In this document: positions 1 to 7,972 of the stretch, piece after piece
Layout: each line of letters opens with the position of its first letter
Position numbering within the stretch: position 1 is the first letter of the stretch
Origin: Thermodesulfovibrionales bacterium
GTDB lineage: Bacteria; Nitrospirota; Thermodesulfovibrionia; Thermodesulfovibrionales; SM23-35
NCBI GenBank assembly: GCA_963715195.1
Contig: CAVQRT010000031.1
Location: 256,001 to 320,000 of the forward strand
DNA: 64,000 nt
Reading direction: 5' to 3'
Notes under the pieces: generated by a model
The model's input: the letters and a program-made list of their open reading frames with translations, nothing else
Told to the model about the DNA's origin: nothing
Databases searched by the model: none
Translations under genes and position numbers: made by a program

Positions 1-43
1 GGGAAAAGTATTCCTTTGAAGTTATTGCGGCCAATCTGCACAT
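1..43 (-). CDS. 5' end (partial) of a class II glutamine amidotransferase, probably a GltB1-type glutamate synthase amidotransferase subunit
   Basis: Reverse strand from ATG at 43 reads MCRLAAITSKEYFS, with Cys at position 2 (Ntn nucleophile pattern); GAGGT RBS upstream; runs off the window edge; glutamate synthase genes nearby. Confidence 0.55.
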   Translation of the reverse strand, partial: MCRLAAITSKEYFS

Positions 44-63
44 GGTTATTACCTCGAAAGATT

Positions 64-93
64 AGTTAGACGGCAATCGATTGCCGTCTAACT
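64..93. promoter_or_regulatory. Perfect 30-bp palindrome containing a candidate NrpR-type operator (GGCA-N6-TGCC)
   Basis: AGTTAGACGGCAATCGATTGCCGTCTAACT; lies downstream of a minus-strand TTGACA (125-120) and TAATCT (101-96) promoter. Confidence 0.6.
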
Positions 94-191
94 GTAGATT
101 AAAAGGTGAGAAACAATTTTGTCAAGAAAAAAACAAATTTGTAAGGTAGGTCAAAAAGTACCGCTGCACTTTTTCGAATACATTTTTTGAT

Positions 192-947
192 TTAAACGAT
201 CCTGCCCTGAATGCCGATCTTCGTCTTTCTGACGGGAATCTCTTTCCCGGAATCCTTCACGGCTGCTTCAACCAATTTCACCAGCCCGGCGCAGCAGGGA
301 ACTTCCATATACGCAATACTTACTGAGTGAATATCATTTTCCTTCAATATCGCTGCCAGTTTTTCACTATATGTATCAGCATTATCAAGTTTCGGGCAGC
401 CTATTGCGAGCGTGCGGCCCCTGATAAAGTCCTGGTGAAACCCTGCATAGGCATATGAACAGCAGTCAGCGGCTATGAGCAGGTCGGTTTCTTCGAAAAA
501 TTGGGCCTTCAGGGGGAGGAGGTGTATTTGAACCGGCCAGTTCCTGAGCTGCGGCTCCAACCTTCCATGTGCTGAAAGCGGTGAAGATGTTGTTAGCGGT
601 ATTGTTTGAATCATGCTACCCGGGCATCCGCACGGAAGGTTTTTCTCTTCTTTTGCTTCATGTTTCTTCTGTGCCTCTTCCATTCTCCACACTGCTTCGC
701 TTCCTTTTGCTTGCAAAAGATACTGCTTTGTTGCCTCAATATCAAAGGGTTTTGATTCCTTTTCCTCTATCTTCAGGGCACCTGACGGACACTCACCGAT
801 ACAATCACCGAACCCGTCACAGAAATCTTCTTTCACGAGCTTCGCCTTTCCTTCAACAATCTGCAGTGCACCCTCGGAACAGGCACTGACACAGTTGCTG
901 CACCCGTCGCACAGTTCCTCATCGATCGTGATGATTTTTCTTTTCAT
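192..947 (-). CDS. 4Fe-4S dicluster ferredoxin-domain protein (FrdX-like Fe-S binding protein)
   Basis: MKRKIITIDEELCDGCSNCVSAC...CDGFGDCIGECP, C-terminal IGCPKLD and MEVPCC motifs; start moved to ATG 947 because of the GAGGAGGA RBS. Confidence 0.85.
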   Translation of the reverse strand: MKRKIITIDEELCDGCSNCVSACSEGALQIVEGKAKLVKEDFCDGFGDCIGECPSGALKIEEKESKPFDIEATKQYLLQAKGSEAVWRMEEAQKKHEAKEEKNLPCGCPGSMIQTIPLTTSSPLSAHGRLEPQLRNWPVQIHLLPLKAQFFEETDLLIAADCCSYAYAGFHQDFIRGRTLAIGCPKLDNADTYSEKLAAILKENDIHSVSIAYMEVPCCAGLVKLVEAAVKDSGKEIPVRKTKIGIQGRIV

Positions 948-1002
948 CGTAATCCTCCTCAAATGTTCTTGATTCCAGGATAGAACAGGGGTGGGAAAAT
1001 GT

Positions 1003-1020
1003 CCTTGACGTAAGTCAAGG
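1003..1020. promoter_or_regulatory. Crp/Fnr-family (FNR/HcpR-like) binding site
   Basis: CCTTGAC-GTAA-GTCAAGG perfect 7-4-7 palindrome, centred at -41.5 relative to a minus-strand -10 TATCCT (982-977). Confidence 0.65.
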
Positions 1021-1299
1021 GTGGCAACACAATTTCTTCGGAGCCGGTAAAAATTTTCTATTGTTTTCCCGACGTTTTTTTGATTCTCTTTTTTATCTTC
1101 GGTAATACAACAAAAATAATGATTATCGCTGCAACAATGATCAATAGTTCCAAATCCGTTTGCTCCTTCAGTTAACCTATCAGTATTCGGGAGAGCTGAA
1201 GCCCTCAGATATGCGTCCCCGCGATTTGCTGCTTTGAAAATCAAAGTCCTGACAGCCCTCCGGATACAATAAGGGTCATAACCTTGTCAGCGAGCGTAT

Positions 1300-1785
1300 T
1301 CATGAAACCTCCGATTCTACATTGAGTACCCGTTTTATATAACCTGAATAATCCTTCAATGTTGGTTCGTACTTTGCATTGAATATAGGGGATGAAATCA
1401 TAAAATCGGCTGTCGAACGGTTACATGCAGTCGGGATATTATACAAAACCGCAATTCTCAGTAGCGCCTTGACGTCAACGTCATGCGGATGAGGCTCCAT
1501 CGGATCCCATAAGAAAATGATCAGATCAATCTGTCCTTCTGCTATCATGGCACCCAACTGCTGATCTCCTCCCAATGGACCTGATTTCAGGAGGGTGATT
1601 TCATATTGAATTTTGTCTTCGCCTGTCAGTTTTGCGTTAATGGTTTTTTCAATTAATTTTCCCGTTGTCCCGGTGCATATCAATTTATGCCGTATCAATG
1701 ACTTGTAATTCCATTCAACCCACTCAATTAAATCTTTTTTCCGATTATCGTGTGCGACTAAGGCAATCCTTTTGATTTCTTCCAC
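1300..1785 (-). CDS. mgsA: Methylglyoxal synthase
   Basis: IALVAHD, GTTG, SGPLGGDQQ, PHDVDVKALLR motifs; GTG start with AGGAG RBS. Confidence 0.93.
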   Translation of the reverse strand: MEEIKRIALVAHDNRKKDLIEWVEWNYKSLIRHKLICTGTTGKLIEKTINAKLTGEDKIQYEITLLKSGPLGGDQQLGAMIAEGQIDLIIFLWDPMEPHPHDVDVKALLRIAVLYNIPTACNRSTADFMISSPIFNAKYEPTLKDYSGYIKRVLNVESEVS

Positions 1786-2055
1786 AGCTGTCTCCTTTCA
1801 CCGGGTTCCACAACTTATTTCCCGGGGCACTACATCATTATATCAGGTTTGAAGACAGAGGACTTTAGGAATGAGGGCTGCTCCTTTGCAACCGGATGTT
1901 CTGGCCCATGGCGATCTATGATGCTTGATTATGCTATTGTGATCTTTCAGGGACAATGTTTTTTTGCGCGGGCGAGAATTTTTACAATATTTTCCTTATG
2001 GGGAGAGCTACAATACTGTAAGATCTGAATCACAGAACAAAGAGCGAATATCTTT

Positions 2056-3255
2056 ATGGATACGATCAACTTTGATGAGATTAGAGCATTGAAAAAAGCC
2101 TTCTCGTCGGTGAAAGACAGACAGGGAAAAAACATGCCGTATGATTTTGACGAGAAAATAGCAAGACTCAAGGCAGTACGGGAAGCGTCTGTCGGGAACG
2201 ACGAGCTCCTGAAAAAAGCGATTGCGAACATAGAGAAAAACGGGATAACAGTCTTCCCGGCAAGAAGCAGCGACGATGCTCTCAGGGTAATTTTTCAGGA
2301 AATCGGGAGTGAAAAGCTCATCGTCAAATCAAAATCCAATGTCACGAAGGAGATCGAACTCACTACTGCACTTGAATCAAAGGGAGTTAAGGTTATTGAA
2401 ACCGATATCGGCGACAGGATTATGCAACTCCTGAAAAGCAAACCTTCCCATCCAACAGGGCCTGTAGCACATTTGTCTGCAAAAACCATTGCAGAGCGCC
2501 TTTCAAAAATTTACGGGAAGATAGTCAGCAATGATGCGGAAGCAATCGTGGAAGTTGTCAGGAAAGAGATACGATACTATCTCGATAAATCGCTCGTTGG
2601 CATTACAGGAGCAAACGCCATTACCGCGGAGGAAGGCTCGATTATCATCGCACACAATGAAGGGAACATCTTTGAGGTCATACGGAGACAAAAACATATT
2701 GTTGTGACGGCAATTGACAAGGTATATCCGGCGGTTGAAGATGCGCTCAACATGCTGAAGGTCATCTGTTTCAATGCTACCGGTTCGCTCATCCCATCCT
2801 TTATTGAAATTATCAGCGGCGTTAGCAAGACAGCAGATGTTGAGAAGCAATTCTTTAAAGGTGTCCATGCCCCAAAAGATATTGTGCTCGTTCTCTTAGA
2901 TAACAGAAGGAGCGAAATGATGGAACAGGGATTCAGGGACCTGCTTTTCTGTATCGATTGCGGGAACTGTCTTTTGCACTGCCCCATGTACAATACTATC
3001 GGGACTGAATTTGCCGAGGGCAAATATCTCGGGGGCAAGGGTCTTGCATACAAGAGCCTTGCACAGGAGGACGTTGACAAGAGACTCGAATATTGCCTGA
3101 CATGCGGAAAATGCCGGAGTAATTGTCCACTGTCGATAGATATCCCAGCAGTTATCAGAAAGGTCAGGAGTGACAGTGTCCCGCAAGAAGTCTTTTATTT
3201 TCTTAAATCACATCTCCTCTGGCTTTATTACAATATGCGGCTTCGGTTGCATTAA
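2056..3255 (+). CDS. LUD-domain / LutB-like lactate-utilization Fe-S protein
   Basis: VKSKSNVTKEI, ETDIGD, PSHPTGP, HNEGN; C-terminal CIDCGNCLLHCP and CLTCGKCRSNCP clusters. Confidence 0.8.
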   Translation: MDTINFDEIRALKKAFSSVKDRQGKNMPYDFDEKIARLKAVREASVGNDELLKKAIANIEKNGITVFPARSSDDALRVIFQEIGSEKLIVKSKSNVTKEIELTTALESKGVKVIETDIGDRIMQLLKSKPSHPTGPVAHLSAKTIAERLSKIYGKIVSNDAEAIVEVVRKEIRYYLDKSLVGITGANAITAEEGSIIIAHNEGNIFEVIRRQKHIVVTAIDKVYPAVEDALNMLKVICFNATGSLIPSFIEIISGVSKTADVEKQFFKGVHAPKDIVLVLLDNRRSEMMEQGFRDLLFCIDCGNCLLHCPMYNTIGTEFAEGKYLGGKGLAYKSLAQEDVDKRLEYCLTCGKCRSNCPLSIDIPAVIRKVRSDSVPQEVFYFLKSHLLWLYYNMRLRLH

Positions 3256-3284
3256 CGAAAGTCCCTCTATATCCTTTCTTATTC

Positions 3285-3339
3285 TTGACAAAAAACCTTT
3301 AATTTTATAATGTAGAAAAGCTAAAGGTAACCGTTCGCC
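3285..3339 (+). promoter_or_regulatory. Sigma70-type promoter followed by candidate operator GGTAACCGTTCGCC (3326-3339)
   Basis: TTGACA 3285-3290, overlapping TATAAT/TAATGT 3306-3313, operator-like motif shared with 72-85 and 7651-7664. Confidence 0.6.
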
Positions 3340-3347
3340 GACAAACC

Positions 3348-4605
3348 ATGTCAAAGATTTACTCTGGCATAGCTGACCTGGATAATCTCATAGACTCCCT
3401 CTATGTCGGGGACAATGTTGTCTGGGAGATTGAGGCCGGCACTGCTCCCGAAATTTTCGTGCTGAATTTCCTCCGTCAATCACTTTCCGAGGACCGCAAT
3501 GTCATTTACATCAGTTTTAATCAGTCACCGCATACCATCCTGCAAAAAATAGGGAGAGACCGCGCCAACAGGTAACTTCATCCTGCTTGACTGCTTTACA
3601 TCAGGGAAGGGCAAGAATGACCGGGCGTTTACAAAGTTTTACGAGAATAATGGGGACTCCCACGTTATTAAAGTTGAGGATCCGAGGAATATTGACCAGT
3701 TTACTGCTCTTCTTGCTTCTCTTGAGGACAAGTTCCAGTCCGGAGGAAGATATATATTCGACAGCCTCACCGGGATGCAGGATCTCTGGGGAGATGAGAA
3801 CAGGACATACAAGTTCTTTACCTACATTTGTCCGCTCCTCTACGACCTCGGTACCGTTGCTTACTGGATACTTGAAAAAGATGCCCACAGCCAGAAGTTC
3901 AAGGCGAATCTGAGGCACATTACCCAGGTTGTTCTTGAGTTATATAAAAGAAAAGACAAGCTTTGGATTAAAGCCCTGAAACTCGAAGGCAGACCCAACA
4001 GAGAAGCTTTTAAGCCCCATGCGTATGATATTGATGGGGAAACCGTTCTAATCACCTCGATCAAAAAAGAGGCTGCTCTCGACGTTGGGAAAAGGATCAA
4101 GGAATTGCGCACCAGAACGGCTATGAGCCAGAAGGAACTTGCCGATAAAGTCGGACTGACCCCAAGTTTCATTTCCCAGATGGAAAATAACCAGATTGCT
4201 CCCTCGCTCAGCTCGTTTATACAAATATGCGATGCACTTGGCGTCAGCCTCTCTGATACGCTGGAGAAAAAAACAGGTGAGGCTCACTGGCTCATCAGAA
4301 AAGAGAAAATCTTTTCCCATCCCTCTTTCAAAGATACTGGTTTGAAGGGTTTCAACATTGTTCATAATGGCAGTATGACAGGAAGCCTTATGATTATTGA
4401 ACCATATGCACGAGTGAAAGGGCAGATTATTCCATCTGAGGGACAGAGATTACTGTATGTTCTGAAGGGAGATGTTTCTGTCACTATCGACGGCAAAGGC
4501 GAGACTCTCAGATCAGGAGATTCGCTCTTCCTGAAAAAAGAGGTGCCCTCCGTATTAAAAAATGAAGGAGGTGATAACGCGGAAATACTCTTATTGAGCT
4601 CTTAG
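3348..4605 (+). CDS. Transcriptional regulator with KaiC/RAD55-like N-domain, XRE helix-turn-helix and cupin domain (one +1 frameshift near 3553)
   Basis: ORF 3348-3575 (SGIADLDNLIDSL) joins the frame reading GNFILLDCFTSGKG...FDSLTGMQDLWG; XRE motif MSQKELADKVGLTPSFISQMENNQIAPS; cupin LYVLKGDV...GDSL. Confidence 0.8.
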
Positions 4606-4681
4606 AAACAACTAAGAGAACGAACCCTTTATGTATATTGAGTAATGGTTTTTTTTACCCTTTGACTTAAGCAATACTGAA

Positions 4682-4703
4682 ATTTAACAGTCTTTTGTTA
4701 AAT
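4682..4703. promoter_or_regulatory. 8-6-8 inverted repeat, candidate operator upstream of the first glutamate-synthase-family gene
   Basis: ATTTAACA-GTCTTT-TGTTAAAT, just downstream of TTGACT (4662-4667). Confidence 0.4.
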
Positions 4704-4726
4704 AATACTAAACTAAGGAGAAAGCA

Positions 4727-6328
4727 ATGAATTACGGAAAACCGAATGCAAGCGCTGCAACAGGGACCAAAAACAGAGTATGGGACCAAGCCCCTTATTC
4801 AGGCATTTGTTCAGTTTGCCTCGATGGGTGTCCGGGAATCTGTGAAATCGGCAAATCTTCGTTCAGGGGCAGGGAAGTTTTATATCCGCAGCCTTTTGGA
4901 AAGGTAACGGCAGGAGCGGTAAAGGAATATCCGGTGGATTATTCGCACTTGAATATTCAGGGGACATGCATTGGCGCAATAGGCATGGATGCGGATTCGG
5001 ACAAAGCACTCTTCACAAACGTTTCTACCGAAGTGACAATTGGCAATAAACATAAGGTTACACTGAGGGTCCCGATTTTCACTGGTGCCCTCGGCTCTAC
5101 GAATATTGCACGGGATAATTGGGAAGGTCTGGCTGTCGGTGCAGCTATTTCAGGAATTATGGTTGTTATTGGGGAGAATGTCATAGGCATGGATCACGAT
5201 TCCGAGTTAAAGAATGGCAGAGTGGTCAATTCCCCTGAACTTGCAAGAAGGATTAAGACTTTTAATGAATGGAAAGATACCCATGGAGCTATTATTTTGC
5301 AGCAAAATGTCGAGGATGCAAGGCTTGGCTCTCCTGAATACGCAGTGGATAAGCTCGGGGTTGAATGTCTGGAGTTGAAATGGGGACAGGGAGCAAAGAA
5401 CATCGGAGGCGAAGTAAAACTGAAAACCCTCGACAGGGCCCTTGAATTAAAGAGAAGGGGATATGTTGTCCTGCCGGATCCTGAAGACTCTGTTGTGCAG
5501 AAGGCTTTCAAAGAGGGGGCTTTCAAGGAATTCGAGCGGCATTCGAGGCTTGGAATGGTCGAATATGAAGGTTTCATGAAGAGCGTTGAGTATCTTAGGA
5601 AAATAGGGGCAAAATTCGTTTCTCTGAAGACAGGAGCTTACAGAGTTGCAGATCTTGCGCGGGCGATGAAGTTTGCGTCTGATGCGGAAATAGACCTTCT
5701 CACCATCGACGGCGCGGGTGGCGGAACCGGAATGAGCCCGTGGAGAATGATGAATGAATGGGGAATTCCGACTATCTACCTCGAGGCGCTTGCCTATAAA
5801 TTCGCTCAGGAACTGAGGGCGAGGGGTAAATATGTGCCGGACCTCGCTATTGCAGGTGGGTTCTCACTTGAAGACCATGTATTCAAGGCAATTGCTCTGG
5901 GTGCTCCGTTCGTCAAGGCGGTCTGCATGGGCCGTGCAACTATGATACCTGCCATGGTCGGGAAAAATATCGGAAGGTGGATGCAGGAAGATAAACTGCC
6001 TCCTGAAATAAAGAAATACGGCGATACAGCGGAAAAGATATTCGTGAGTGCCGAAACATTAAAGTCAAAATACGGGAAAGCTTACAAGAAGCTTCCTCCC
6101 GGTGCAATAGGAATGTATACATTCAGCGACAGATTGCAAATTGGACTCCAGCAGCTTATGGCGGGTGCAAGGAAATTTGCAATCCAGTACGTTGACAGGT
6201 CTGACCTCGTATCATTGACAAAGGAAGCATCAGAGGTAACCGGAATTCCTTATGTGATGGAATCTGATATGGAAGAGGCTGACAGAATCTTGTTTGGTCT
6301 CGAAGAGGCCGAGAAATCAAGAGTATAA
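4727..6328 (+). CDS. Stand-alone FMN-binding glutamate synthase family protein (GltB2-like), paralog 1
   Basis: ELKWGQGAKNIGGE, IDGAGGGTGMSP, AIAGG, KAIALGA; N-terminal CSVCLDGCPGIC. Confidence 0.88.
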   Translation: MNYGKPNASAATGTKNRVWDQAPYSGICSVCLDGCPGICEIGKSSFRGREVLYPQPFGKVTAGAVKEYPVDYSHLNIQGTCIGAIGMDADSDKALFTNVSTEVTIGNKHKVTLRVPIFTGALGSTNIARDNWEGLAVGAAISGIMVVIGENVIGMDHDSELKNGRVVNSPELARRIKTFNEWKDTHGAIILQQNVEDARLGSPEYAVDKLGVECLELKWGQGAKNIGGEVKLKTLDRALELKRRGYVVLPDPEDSVVQKAFKEGAFKEFERHSRLGMVEYEGFMKSVEYLRKIGAKFVSLKTGAYRVADLARAMKFASDAEIDLLTIDGAGGGTGMSPWRMMNEWGIPTIYLEALAYKFAQELRARGKYVPDLAIAGGFSLEDHVFKAIALGAPFVKAVCMGRATMIPAMVGKNIGRWMQEDKLPPEIKKYGDTAEKIFVSAETLKSKYGKAYKKLPPGAIGMYTFSDRLQIGLQQLMAGARKFAIQYVDRSDLVSLTKEASEVTGIPYVMESDMEEADRILFGLEEAEKSRV

Positions 6329-6337
6329 GTTTTGCAT

Positions 6338-6372
6338 AAGGCGGTGATGCCGCATTGCGGCATCACCGCCTT
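6338..6372 (+). terminator. Very strong GC-rich hairpin (terminator or mRNA-stabilising element)
   Basis: AAGGCGGTGATGCCGCA-T-TGCGGCATCACCGCCTT, perfect 17-bp arms; no long U-tract. Confidence 0.6.
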
Positions 6373-6401
6373 CCCTGATATAACGGAGGTGCTGATTTCC
6401 T

Positions 6402-7376
6402 ATGACGAAGACAATGTTATCAATCTTAAAGATACTTGATACGCATCCTGACAAGATTCTTGGGTCAGGGGCTCTATCAAAGCGATTGAAGGTACACGGG
6501 GTCGATCTTACTGAAAGAACGGTACGGTATCATCTCAGGATTCTCGATGAGCGGGGTTTTACCAAGGTATTCGGCAAAGAAGGAAGGATGATTACCCCGA
6601 GAGGGAAAGAAGAACTCACGCAAGCCCTTGTCTCCGACAAAATTGGTTTTATTATCAGCAGGATTGAAACGTTGGCGTATTTAACAGATCTTGACCTCGA
6701 AACACACAATGGAAATGTTATCCTTAATATTTCCTATTTTCCTGAAGAAGAATTGAAGGATGCAATCAGGCTCATGAGCCCTGTTTTTTCCTCACCGTAC
6801 GTAATGTCGAAGATGGTTATTTTGAAGAGATCAGGGGAAAGGATAGGAGACGTGATGGTGCCGGATGGACAGGTTGGTTTTGGTACGGTTTGCAGCGTAA
6901 CCATAAACGGGATATTTCTGAAGGCAGGGATACCTGTGACATCAAGGTTTGGTGGAGTCCTCCAAATTAATTCCGACCCGGTTCGTTTTACCGCCCTGAT
7001 CGCCTATGAAGGCTCTTCACTCGACCCCCTTGAGGTATTCATCAAGAGCAAGATGACCGATATCATGGGTGCTGTCGGAAATCATTCGGGAAAGATACTC
7101 GCAAGTTTCAGGGAAATACCAGTGGTGAGTATCGAGAAAGCCACACAATTGAGAGCAACACTCACGGACAAGGGCATTGGTGGTGTTCTGCTCATCGGGA
7201 ACCCCAACCAGCCACTCCTTGAGATGCCTGTCGGACTTGACAGGGCAGGTATGATCATCGTCGGTGGTCTTAATCCGATAGCAGCCCTTGAGGAAGCAGG
7301 TATACCAACAATAACCAAGGCTATGTCCACGCTCTATAAATTTTCTGAACTTATTCCTTTTCAGGAACTCATCTAA
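6402..7376 (+). CDS. nrpR: NrpR-family nitrogen repressor (wHTH + DUF128/NRD domain), paralog 1
   Basis: LTERTVRYHLRILDERG wHTH; GTVCSVTINGIFLK, GSSLDPLEVF, GGLNPIAAL. Confidence 0.85.
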   Translation: MTKTMLSILKILDTHPDKILGSGALSKRLKVHGVDLTERTVRYHLRILDERGFTKVFGKEGRMITPRGKEELTQALVSDKIGFIISRIETLAYLTDLDLETHNGNVILNISYFPEEELKDAIRLMSPVFSSPYVMSKMVILKRSGERIGDVMVPDGQVGFGTVCSVTINGIFLKAGIPVTSRFGGVLQINSDPVRFTALIAYEGSSLDPLEVFIKSKMTDIMGAVGNHSGKILASFREIPVVSIEKATQLRATLTDKGIGGVLLIGNPNQPLLEMPVGLDRAGMIIVGGLNPIAALEEAGIPTITKAMSTLYKFSELIPFQELI

Positions 7377-7472
7377 TCCATATTCATAATTTAACCCCAC
7401 GAAAATGCAGAGTCTACAGTATCTTATGCCCAGTCGATGAATGAAGAGGGCAAAAAGACATAAATTGATTTA

Positions 7473-7491
7473 GTCGGCAAACATTGCCGAC
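7473..7491. promoter_or_regulatory. Palindrome resembling the operator, with spacer one base shorter
   Basis: GTCGGCAA-ACA-TTGCCGAC. Confidence 0.4.
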
Positions 7492-7611
7492 CAGTTACCT
7501 CTCTGCAGTTTACTGTAAAATCAAGCGGATCAAATCTAACAGGGTGATTACCGTTTAATTTATTTATATTTGTTAGGCAATAATTTTCATAATTCATCGA
7601 TATGACAGGAC

Positions 7612-7664
7612 TTGACATTTCTTTTTTTATTTGGTAGAAGTAAAGCAAAAGGTAACCGATTGCC
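7612..7664 (+). promoter_or_regulatory. Sigma70-type promoter followed by candidate operator GGTAACCGATTGCC (7651-7664)
   Basis: TTGACA 7612-7617, 17-bp spacer, TAGAAG; AAAGCAAAAGGTAACCGATTGCC nearly identical to the 3318-3339 site. Confidence 0.6.
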
Positions 7665-7972
7665 TACGAAATGAACACTCTTTGGTCAGGCATAATTGTC
7701 CCGTGCAGTTTTTGTGAAAAAATAACTGGCACACAAACGATCTCACGCCTTCTGATAATTCGATGAAAACTATATTGCTGCATGAAATCATTCGCTTTTC
7801 TCGTCAGATGATACATAAAGGCTTCAAGGTCTTTTCTCTATCCAAAGCAATAATCCATCTCCATGGAAAAGAAGGAGGTGTTGAGATGTAAGGATTTTTT
7901 TGTCCATATGGTTCACCAATACTAAAGCAGGTCTAAAAAACATAATGAATACTGAAAAAGGAGGAGGAAAAG

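Noticed and set aside
948..1244. N-terminal 99-aa extension of the 192-1244 ORF
   Set aside because: RBS, promoter and Fnr-type box lie inside it; the recognisable protein starts at ATG 947
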